From the NCBI GenBank assembly GCA_051294375.1, contig CM119270.1, positions 6,036,027-6,100,026 on the forward strand: a stretch of DNA of 64,000 bases, given 5' to 3'. The translations under genes and the position numbers were made by a program. This document shows positions 28,141 to 39,618 of this stretch, one piece after another. Under the pieces are notes generated by a model. That model searched no databases. It saw only the letters and a program-made list of their open reading frames with translations, and was not told the origin of the DNA. The DNA is from Paraspadella gotoi (taxonomy: Eukaryota > Animalia > Chaetognatha). Each line of letters begins with the position of its first letter. The stretch's first letter is position 1.

Positions 28141-28233
28141 GCTCTGATTCTCTCTCACCTTGCTGTAAATTGTGCCCCCCGAGTAAATAGAATGTTGAAC
28201 ACGCCGAATTAAAAGAGAGGGAGGGGAGATGCG

Positions 28234-28306
<73 letters not shown>

Positions 28307-29494
28307 CCAAAATTGTTTTTTATCTTTTGTAATCCATTGGTTTTTGTCGCTTTTTTTCAATCTCCTTTTATTTCTATTCGTGCTTTTTTTTTTTTTGCTT
28401 TGTCCTGGTTTTATCTTATTCTTGAAGTGTGAACTTTTTTGGGTCGATTTCTATCTTTTCAAACGAAACCAGGAAAAAAGGCGGGAATTTTCAAAACTGG
28501 TTTTCCGACGCGACGTCTCGTAAATTATTATTTTTTTGTCCACCTGAGTTACGATCCGCGCCTTCAGTCACTTTCTTAATTTGGCGCCGATTGGATAATT
28601 CAAATTTTCCCGCGCTTAGATTCGGATTCGTCTTGTCGCGATTCGTTCCATCTTTAGTCGCGTTAACTTATTAAGCTTATTATATTTCTTTGTCATTCCG
28701 TCTTTTTAAAATTTATTCTTCGATTTGGATAAAGTTCTTCGCGACATCCACATTGCGATGTCGTATGATGGAAAAACGTCGACGACCAAATCGGCAGAAT
28801 TGGCAAACATTTACTTCGTCTTTTTTTTTCATGAAATTTTTTTTTAATCCTTTTTGTTTTTGTTTGTTCCGTAGTTTTTTCATTAAAGTCCCGAATTTTA
28901 CGATACTCGTGACTTCGGTAAACTTTATTAGTTTTTTTTTCTTCTCCAAAACAGGATCTTATCTCTTAAATCCAGAGCCCGTTACGAAATCTCCCTATCG
29001 ATCCGACTCTGTTGTTGTTGTTGTTCTTGTTGTTGTTGTTGTTGACCTCTTTTGTTGCTTCAGTCGATGAGTAAGACAAAAACTTCAAAGGATTTTTTTT
29101 CTTTTTTTGCGCAATTCGTTTTATTTAAAAATAAAATAATAAGAATTTATATATATATATATATATATATTTATCTTTATTTCGTTTTTTTTTTATTAAA
29201 GAATGACGCTTTTTCATTTCACATTATTTTTTTCTGTGATTTTTTATTCGCGTCTTCTTTCCGTTTTATTTTTCATTTCGTCCTTTTTTTATCTTTTTTT
29301 GTTCCATTTGTATTTTTTTCGCCGAAACTCCGCACGGCCTCACATCCTCTTCTGTCTTCTGATCGCAAGAAAAAAAAAAGATTCAATTTATTGCAAGTGA
29401 ATTAAAAAAACATTATTTATAAAATAACACACGATGGATAGTTAAGAAAAAAACTTTCGGATGAAAAGTGGAAAAAAAAATTAGAGAGAAAGAA

Positions 29495-29602
<108 letters not shown>

Positions 29603-29842
29603 ATCGATTATTCTCCGGTCCGAAGTTCGCAAAAATTGATAAGATAAAATATTCGAACGTATCCGTTTGAACAGATAAAGAAGAACCAAAATAAAAAAAA
29701 AACTTTAATCGAGGATAAATAAAATAAAATAAAAACATATTTTTTTTTCTTTTTCCGCAGACAAAATTTAGAGAACAACTGATTTTAATTAGAGCGAATG
29801 TCTAGAACCCGACGCAGGAGAAAACTGTCTTTCGGAAAGAAC

Positions 29843-29894
<52 letters not shown>

Positions 29895-29993
29895 AGCGCA
29901 CTCTTTTACTCTCTCCTTGCTAATGCAATGATAAATAGCGAAAAATATTTGTAAACAAGACTCGCGACTTTTCCCTGTTAGAACGAAGGGATA

Positions 29994-30094
<101 letters not shown>

Positions 30095-30740
30095 AAGAAA
30101 GCGAGAGCCAAACTTGGTTCTCTTGTTTAAATCTTGGAACCGAAATCTGTAACTCGACCTTTAATGTTTTTGACCAAAAAGCTGAAGATTTTAGACGCAT
30201 TGTTTTCTGAATTCTCCTCTTTGGGGCGAGAGAGCGCGAGAGAGAGAAAATAATGAAAAGTTGTGATCATCGAATCGATATTGCGAACTGAATTTTGTAA
30301 CATACCCTCATTACTTGCATTGTTAAAAGTAAGTTCCTCGTTTGAGTCATATTATTGAATTCGTAGCGGGTAGAGTTCGTGGCAAAACCGGTACAATGTT
30401 GTTTTTTTTTTCAACGATTTGTATTTTGAAATGTATGTTGAGTATAGACTTTAACGACCGCGACCGGAATATGTTTAAATCGTTAAATTATTGTTAGAAT
30501 GGGATATAGATGCATGATTTAATTAACGAATGTATCAATAATCTTTTGTTTTTTCTTTTTTTTTAGTTGGTTCTTTTTAGTATGATTGATTTATTGATCT
30601 CACGATTTATTGATAATCAATTTTGTAAATTAATGTAGAAAATTCATGCCATCTTTATTTTAAAATTGAATTATTCAAAAAAATTCTCAACTCTGACAGC
30701 CAATGATTTTTTCCGATAGTTCGACGACAGGTGACAAGCG

Positions 30741-30784
<44 letters not shown>

Positions 30785-31601
30785 CGCGATATTCTATGAA
30801 TGGAAACTCGTTTTTTCTCCTCTCTTCGGTAATTATTCTGGGTCAGAAGCCAATTATAAAGGCGACCTGCTATTTTGGGATATCTCGAAACAGTTTTTAC
30901 TTCTAAACAAAGTTGGCTACTTCTTCGTCAAGAATTTTTCGAACCAATTCTTTGAACATTGTTGATTTAGGTTAATTTTGTCTTTTATGAATAATATTCA
31001 CTTGAAAAATGAAGAAAAAATGTCGATACAACAACGACGACGACGACAACAACAACAACACCGAAGCGAAGACGAAACGTCGTACATCTTCGCCGAAAGG
31101 CGATCGTCACGGTCGAGTTATTCCGTCTTTGTATTAATTTATTAATTCATTTAATAAAAAATATTATATTGCTTTGAGACGGTTGTTTTCTGTTTTCCTA
31201 CTATGCAGATGAGGAGGAAGATAAAACGAGGAAGTGGGAAGTCGAGAAACAGAGAACAACTTTTAACTCGAGAATTTAACAAAACAAAAAAGAGGCAGTT
31301 TTGTTTGAATTTATTACCCTAATTTAATAGACTTGTTATTTTTCCTTTCGGTTTAGTTGGTATAAGATTTAAGTCAAGAAGTTTGATTTAATATATTAAT
31401 AATTTAATATTATCAATAATGGGGAATTATCTTACAATACGTTGGAATATTGTTATATAGTAATTTAACTTTCACCGTCATCTCCCTCTCTCTTTTTTGG
31501 ATCGAATTTTTTTAGTTATAAGAAGGACAACATCAACAACGATAACGACAACATCGACGGGTGTCTCGCTTTGACACGATGGTGTCACTGTGTGCTCAGT
31601 A

Positions 31602-31651
<50 letters not shown>

Positions 31652-31726
31652 AATGCTGACCTACCTTTTTCTACTTTTCAATTTGGGCTCACTTTCGTTT
31701 AAAATCTTAAAATAAAATATTATTAC

Positions 31727-31915
31727 CGTCTTCAACTTCTTTCTGCATCGCGTTGTAAGCCTTTCATCTTGTTGCAACTTGAGCTGATGCCAGATCAGTG
31801 GACCTCAGGTGTCGAGAAAGTGTCGAGACGAGAGAATGGAATTTGTTTGCCGCCGCCTTTGGCGCCGCTGCCGCCGCCACCGCCGCCTCCGCCGCCGCTG
31901 CCGAGGAAGCGTGAG
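31727..31915 (-). other. Candidate 5'UTR exon / TSS region of the MPRIP-like gene
   Basis: GC-rich (GCC)n island ending in ACG|GTAATA. The MPRIP ATG is immediately preceded by a polypyrimidine-CAG acceptor, so an upstream exon is expected. Confidence 0.35.
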
Positions 31916-33500
31916 AAATATTCTCTACGATAAAGTTGGTTTAAAATCTTTGAGCTAAATATTTTGCCGAACAACTTGTGTATTTGTAATGTGTAATTTG
32001 AGCGACAAAAACATTTCTACTCAAATTTTGTTTTGTCTTCATGAAAGATGGATTAATTCAGGTTTGAATATTGAATTTTACAAATAATCAACGATAAGTT
32101 TAGATATTGGTAAGTTTATTGTAAGTTTAAATATAATTTATATTTTTTCGATTAAGAACAATTCCACTTAATAGGAATAATAAAGATTAGAGAAAACGAA
32201 AAAACTTTCACCGACTGAAATGAGATAAGAAAAAACATTGAATAAACAAATCTTATAATTCCATTGTTTCCGAAAAAAAAAAAAAAAAAAATAGAAAAAC
32301 TATTAAGATTTAACAAAATAATCTTCGAGTTTTGAGGAGAAAAAAAAGGGAGACAATTGGGTTTTTGATGGTCCCATTCGTGAATATTTGTAGTTATTTC
32401 ACGGGCGTCACAACTGTCATCATAGTCATAAATTTAGTCGTCGCTGTCATCGTCATTACGGTCGAGAAATGAAGTTAACTGTTAATAATTTCCTCAATAT
32501 TGCATTATTAGATGATAATTCGACTAGTAGTAGGTGACTAGGCCAATTATCGGATTTATCCCCATATCTTCTTAACAACTTTTTTTAATGTTTTGTATAT
32601 AAAAAGACTCATTTATGCTGCAGTTGAAAAAAAAAAGTGGAAAAATGATTAGGTGTTCAAATTCTTGGTTTTTTTTTTATAAAGATTTTTAAATTTTTCA
32701 AAATAAATCGATGTTCTTTTGTTTAATAATTTTGAGCCACAAGAGGCTCATCTTTAGCTAAAGCTCAAGCGTTTCTAAACAAAAGTTGTTGCTTCTAGAA
32801 AATATTGGGGGTTTTATACATTAATTTCGAAACTACTTTAACGAAAATCATGTACATATTTGAAAATAAATTGTATTTTTTCCCAGAATTTCGTTGTCTG
32901 AAAAATAAAAAAAATATTGGCGACATTGTTCATATATTTTTTAAAATAATTTAAAACAAAAGTATTTTATATAAAATTTTTTTTCCCCTTTTTTATTTTT
33001 TTTTGCGTTCCATAAGGTTTTCCAGATTTCCCATAAAAGTCCGGGCCCTTCGGCTTTGTGGAAGGTGACTAACCCTCTACACGCCCCTTTATCGTTTAAT
33101 CTTATTTTCCCTGGAACAAATCCCTCGAACCTTGATTTCTAGCTCAATCACACAACTTTTTTACCCACGGACGGACAGACATTTATCAATATGCGATGTT
33201 CTAGGATGATCTAATTGATTCAATTAGACTGTACGGGTGGACCGACTGACTTTTACAACCGAAATCTGCAATATTTCGATCGAGCTAAAAAAAAAGATAA
33301 AAGTAAATGACCCTGGGCAGATCTGGCATTATTTGAGCTAAATCGTAATTTGAATTTCAACAAAAAAAAATGTACATTTCGTCCACGTCGAAGAGAAAAT
33401 AAGAATAAATATATTCATTGACGATACAAATAGGAAAATACAGGGACACAAATAAAGCAAATGATTGCCTTTTGCCATCACAATGACGTCATTGTTGTCT

Positions 33501-36500
33501 TTAAGATCGAATGATCGAGATTCGATTTCCACAGACGTCAACAACAGGAAATTCAGCAGTTTCTCGTCCTAACGCAAATACTTTAGGAAATGGGTCTCCA
33601 TTGGCGTGGAATAAGCGACCTTCGCCGCCGCCGCCGCCTGAATTAATGTATTTAAAAAAGTCCGAATTTGTCAACTCTGCGGTCAAATTGGGTTATTAAT
33701 ATATATATGAATAATTAATAGTTTTAATACTAATTTATGCTCGAAGTTAATCGTAAAGAATCACTGCGCGCGAGCAAAGACAGTCACATAAACTGCACAA
33801 GTGCACATTTAACATCTTTAATCATTAATCAATATCATGATAATTTAACCATTCGCTCTTTCACTTTTAGACTTGTAACGAATCCTGACTCCGGCCACGT
33901 CGATTCTTCCGCTTCCCATTGAAGAAGGAAAAATGATCCCGTTCATTGTCGGACCTTGCATCCGCGTCACTTTTTGCCGCGAGACGAAATTCCACTTCCT
34001 CAGCTTCAGAAGAGACTTAAAGTGGGTGCCCACTTTGTCGGCAACGATTATGCCGAAGCTCGGATCAGTTCTGAGGTTTTGATTGATTCGAAGCCACATG
34101 GATACCTACGATCAATGTTTTGTGATGTATGAATGTATTAAATTATATAATATAATAATATAAAATATAAAATAATATATAATAATAATAATAATAATAA
34201 TATATAATATAAAATCCACTTCATTGATAGGGAAGCCAGGTACTCTGGGAGTGAATAAACGAGACTGTGAGAGGTCTTGATTGAAAGCTTGCAGGGACCT
34301 GCTATGTCATTATCTTGTAAGAGTGATGGAGGCCTTAAACCACCAAAGCCTGTCCAAAGTCAGGGCAAGATAGCTTATTTATTAAATGAATGGATAATTT
34401 TTATATTGGTTGTATGGTGGAATAAAACCCACCAACCGTTCATCAGCGGCCATTGGTGCCGGAGGCAAGTCATTCGCCTCCCAACCCAAAGGTCCGGGGT
34501 TCTAGCCCGGTGGTCGTCTGGCAGTTTAGAGGGACGGGGCGCTTAACCCGCCTGTAACATGATGTTACAGCCTGATCCGAAGCTCAGGGACTGCTTATAT
34601 TGAAGGTTCTATCACTAACTCATAACAATAATTACTGTCTCTTCATTGGTGAGCCGACTTCCGAACACAACAGCAACAACAACAATTTCAGGCGACATGC
34701 CTCAACCTGGCGATGCACTTTCCGCCCACAACACATCAGGCGACATGCCTCAACTTGGTGATGCACTTTCCACCAACAACAATTCACTGAAGAGACGCAA
34801 CAGACATCTTCCTACGGGAGGGGGATGTATGGTGGAATAAAACCCACCAACCGTTCATCAGCGGCCATTGGTGCCGGAGGCAAGTCATTCGCCTCCCAAC
34901 CCAAAGGTCCGGGGTTCTAGCCCGGTGGTCGTCTGGCAGTTTAGAGGGACGGGGCGCTTAACCCGCCTGTAACATGATGTTACAGCCTGATCCGAAGCTC
35001 AGGGACTGCTTATATTGAACGGTTCTATCACTAACTCATAACAATAATTACTGTCTCTTCAGTTGTACCAATTTCATAAAATTCAGCTCCTTGTATTTTG
35101 ATGCTAGTGCGGAGTACAATAAGTATTCCCCGATCTAATACTTAAGGGAGTGGTCTTTTCATACAATTGAAACATTCTTTGAAATATTTTCCACTTCATT
35201 GATAGGGAAGCCAGGTACTCTGGAGTGAATAAACGAGACTGTGAGAGAGTCTTGATTGAAACGCTGCAGGGACCTGCTATGTCATTATCTTGTAAGAGTG
35301 ATGGAGGCCTTAAACCACCAAAGCCTGTCCAAAGTCAGGGGCAAGATAGCTATTTATTAAATGAATGGATAATTTTTTATATTGGTTGTACCAATTTCAT
35401 AATATAAAATTATCCATTCATTCAATGAATAAGTATCTTGCCCCTTGACTTTGTACAAGCTATGACAATTAAGGCCCTGATCCCTTTAACTAGATAATAA
35501 CATAGCAGGACCCTGCAAGATTTCAATCAAGACCTCACACAATCTCGCGATTTATAACTCCTATAGCACCGAGCTTCCCTATAAAATATATTTGACGCCG
35601 ACTCTATACTATCTTTATGAAAAGTCACCAACCGGCCTATTTATCTAAGTTCTTCATGAAATTGGTACAACCAATATAAAAATTATCCCTTCATTTAATA
35701 AATAAGCTATCTTGCCCCTGATTTTGGACAGGCTTGGTGTTTAAGGCCTTCATCACTCTTACAAGATAATGATATAGCAGGGCTCCTGCAAGCTTTCAAT
35801 CAAGACTCTCTCAGTCTCTTATATTCACTCCCAGAGTACCTGGCTTCCCTATCAATGAAGTGGTATAATGTTTCAAAGAATGTTTCAATTGAAAAGACCA
35901 CTTCCTTAAGTATTAGAACGGAGAGTACGATACTGTACTCCGCCCAGCAACAACATACGTATACAAGCAGCTGAATTTTATGAAATTGGTACAACCAATA
36001 TAAAAATTATCCAGACAGACTTTGGTGGTTTAAGGCCTCCATCACTCTTACAAGATAATGACATAGCAGGTCCCTGCAAGCTTTCAATCAAGATTCTCTC
36101 ACAGTCTCTTTTATTCACTCCCAACTAATGTCTTTGCCATACAAAGTCTAGCTTACTTGAACAGTCGAGTTGGCCGGAAATTCCATTTTCCTCATCAACT
36201 TGTTATGGCTGCCATTACATTTTGATCGGGATTCCCATGTGAAATACATTTCTTCATTTGAAGGATTTTTTTGTTCTGTACATGTCAAATTAAAATCATT
36301 GATAATACATAAAATGTAATGTTTAATTCTCTAAAACAAAGAAAGAATAAAAAAATAAATAATAAATTCTTTGTATACATGTATATAACATACTATTGTG
36401 GCGGTATACTCACACCGCCTCACGTCCACCATCGTTCAGCCAAATCCATTGGCTCAGAGGGGGAACACACCATCCCAGGCGTAGTGTTCCATCCACGGTC

Positions 36501-39500
36501 CTAACGAGTTCCCTCTGCGTTGGCTAAGCGAGACCGTCCTAGGGTAACCGCGCCAGTGACTGGAGGCGTCACTGAGGGTCGGAAGCCCCCAAAGCCAACA
36601 GTGAGATGCCCCATCCCAATGGGCATCACAGGCAACCCAGCTGTTGCCATACTATACTCATTTTTTATGCAAAATTTTATTTGACATAGTCTACAGTTTT
36701 CGTTGTATGACTTTCTTACCTGAAGTGACCCAGACATTTTCCCCTAAATGAGAGGATGGTATTCCCTTTTGGCCAAGAACCAAAAGCGAATCTTCGCTTT
36801 TACCACCGACGAAAGCAACACGCGACTCTGAATTTACACAAGTTATGACTTTTAAGCCTAAAAATAGTAGACGTCTCCACAAAGCACACGGGCTCAGGGT
36901 GGAGGCTTACAAGAATAACAATTCTGTTCTGCTCGAGTTTATGATTACGTTTTCCAATTTTAAGGGTCAGATGAGAGATACTTATTAGATGACGGTGGTT
37001 GCCGAAAAGTAAGATTGCTTTGTCGGCGAGTTTCTCCGCACCTCTCTGTTGCAAAATGAATACGAAATATTTAGGTATTGGTCTTAAACTCGCTGAGCAG
37101 GGGCGGCACCCTCGCCTCAGGAGAGGTGCCCGGGGCCGGGGGGTTCAAGGGGGAGAAAAAAAGTAGGAAAGAAAAGAAGAAAAACATTATAACTGTATCT
37201 CTATTGCCGCTCATGGTTAAAAATAAGCGCTAAATCTCATCTAGTCAGTAGATTTAACAAATTTAGATCCATCGCTCAGACTAGAGCCACAATGATTGAT
37301 ATATAAAAAAAAAGGTTTCAGTAAAACACCAATGCCAAGTTGCAAGTCCTGGAGGCAGAAGTTTGAGCACTGGAGCAGGCAGAAAGTCGGTAATCGAAAA
37401 CTAAAAACTAAAATTATGGAGTGAGGGGGGAGGGGCCGGCCAGGGGGCCAGTGGAGGGGCCCGCCATTTCTCTCGCCGCCCCTGTAGCTGAGTTCCTATT
37501 CTCCAAAGCTTTACCACTTTCCATTTCTCCTTCTTCTATATATATAATTGTATTAGTTTATGTCTTATTTCCTTCTCACCTCAGGGTCGCTTTCGTTTTC
37601 ATCCGAAAACTGCTTGAAGTGGATCCATTGATTGCTCACGCAAGAATCCATCATATTCCTTGGTGAAATAAAACAAGTTTAAATGGTAAAGCTGTGATTT
37701 GTTTCTCATTTCTTATTATTTAGATTCATTTTTCAAAAGTTTTAAAAAAGGAGAAAAAGAATCATTTTTCAGTAATCGTTTTGGTTTGTTTTTTTTAGCT
37801 TAATACTTTGTAATTTTTTATAGAAAAAATATATGTAAGAAATATCAAAATAAAACTAGTTCAAAATTTTTCCTGTAAAAAATTCCGAAAATCCTGAAGC
37901 CGACTTCCAAAGGCGGCCTGGGACATTCGTCCCAAAATTTGATCAAAGCCGAGAGCGCAACAGTGGAATTAGTTCGCCGGGGAAGGGTCCATCCAATCCC
38001 TGCATCAGAGGGGACCGACTGCGTCTGAGCTATTTCTTTCCTGCGCCAATGCATTATTGCCGGCGGTGAAGGATCTTTAACTGAAAGAAATCAAAATAAG
38101 AACTAGAAAAAAAAATATAAACGATAAGGATAACGTCAGGAAAAGACGATTAAAAGCAATTAAAAGTAATTAGCGAACGAAAGTTAAGGATAGCAAAACT
38201 AACAGTATTATTTCTTTACGTATTTATCAATTACTATCGAATAGAAGAAAAAATCGGCCACTACCGTCTCCAAATAAAAAATCTTAAAAGCATAAAGATC
38301 GAGCCGCTTTCGGTAAGTAACCACAAATATTGATGCGATTGTAACCAAATATTGATGCGATGATAACCAAATATTGACGCGATGATAACCAATAATTGAT
38401 GCGATGATAACAAAATGAGCTGATGTGATGATAATCAAATGATTGATGCGATGATAGTCATTCATTGATATGATGATAATCATTCATTGATACGATGATA
38501 GTCATTCATTGATGCGATGATAGTGATTCATTGACGCGCTGAATCATTCATCGTAAATAAACAAACAAATGCGTGTATGAGTGAAGAGAGAGAGAGAAGA
38601 GAGAGAAGGAGAGAGAGAGGGCTGGACAGTTTTCCGCCAACGAAACGCATTATTAGGTCTCTCTCGTTTATATAAAGAATAATCAGAATTTTTTAGAAAA
38701 AAAATCACGAAAATCTCGGATGTAAATTGTTGATTTTGTATTGAGAAAAAGCGCGGAATAAATGGCGATAATAAAAGTTTTTAGAAGGAAAAAAAGAGAG
38801 AGAGAGAGAGGAGAGAGAGAGAAAGAGGGAGGGAGAGTGAGAAAGAGAGAGAGAGAGAGAGTTTTCCCACCAACGGAGACGCATTATTAGGTCACTCTCG
38901 TTTATATCGGTTATCCGTTGCCTCGCAACGGCGTCGTGAAATTGGGTCTATGTTGATTTTTTTTTATACACGTAACGCGTTATTAGGTCATGTTCCTCGA
39001 CATTGTTTACTTGTTGCTCCGCAACGACCACGAAATCTTTTTTTTTTTTTTTTTTCTGAAATAAAAAAGACAATTTGACAATTAAGACAATAAGAGATTA
39101 AACGATTAAACGATGAGTATTGAGCAAGAAAAATTGCACTAATGGCACTAAAAATAAAATTCAAACAATTAAGGATCATTGCGGACATTGCAAATTGGAA
39201 AAGTATTAAATATATCAATGAAAATCATGAGTGAATATTATCATTACACTAGGCCATTTGCCATTTTTTTTTAGTCATAGACAGAAACTTGGCAAATGAA
39301 AAAAAAAAAAGTAAATACTATCATTATGGTACCTAACATTTATACTAGGCCATTGCCTCTTTTTTTTTTTTTTTAAGTCATAGACAGAAACTTGTCAATT
39401 TTTTTTTTTTAACTGACCACGAAATCTAGGTTAAGTAAGTTATTGTATTTTGGGTTTTGTATTGAGATAAAATAATAATGGCGATAATAAAAGTTTTTAG

Positions 39501-39572
39501 AAGGAAAAAATCCACAAAAATTCGGAATAAATGGCGATAAAAAGTTTTTAGAAGGAAAAAAAAGAGAGAGAA

Positions 39573-39618
<46 letters not shown>

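Larger units (their letters stand above)
34214..36122. repeat. Cluster of ~323-bp repeat units: minus-strand tandem (34214-35400, split by the TRIM) head-to-head with plus-strand copies (35401-35582, 35656-36122)
   Basis: Anchor ATGAAATTGGTACAACCAAT recurs at 35656 and 35980 (period 324). Its reverse complement ends at 35077 and 35400 (period 323). Confidence 0.85.

Noticed and set aside
34446-34518. Functional tRNA-Gly gene
   Set aside because: Anticodon stem does not pair, no oligo-T terminator follows, and the sequence is embedded in an LTR.
38330-38545. Periodic GATGCGATGATA repeats as a CRISPR-like array
   Set aside because: Degenerate ~20-bp intronic minisatellite with no unique spacers; eukaryotic context with no cas genes.
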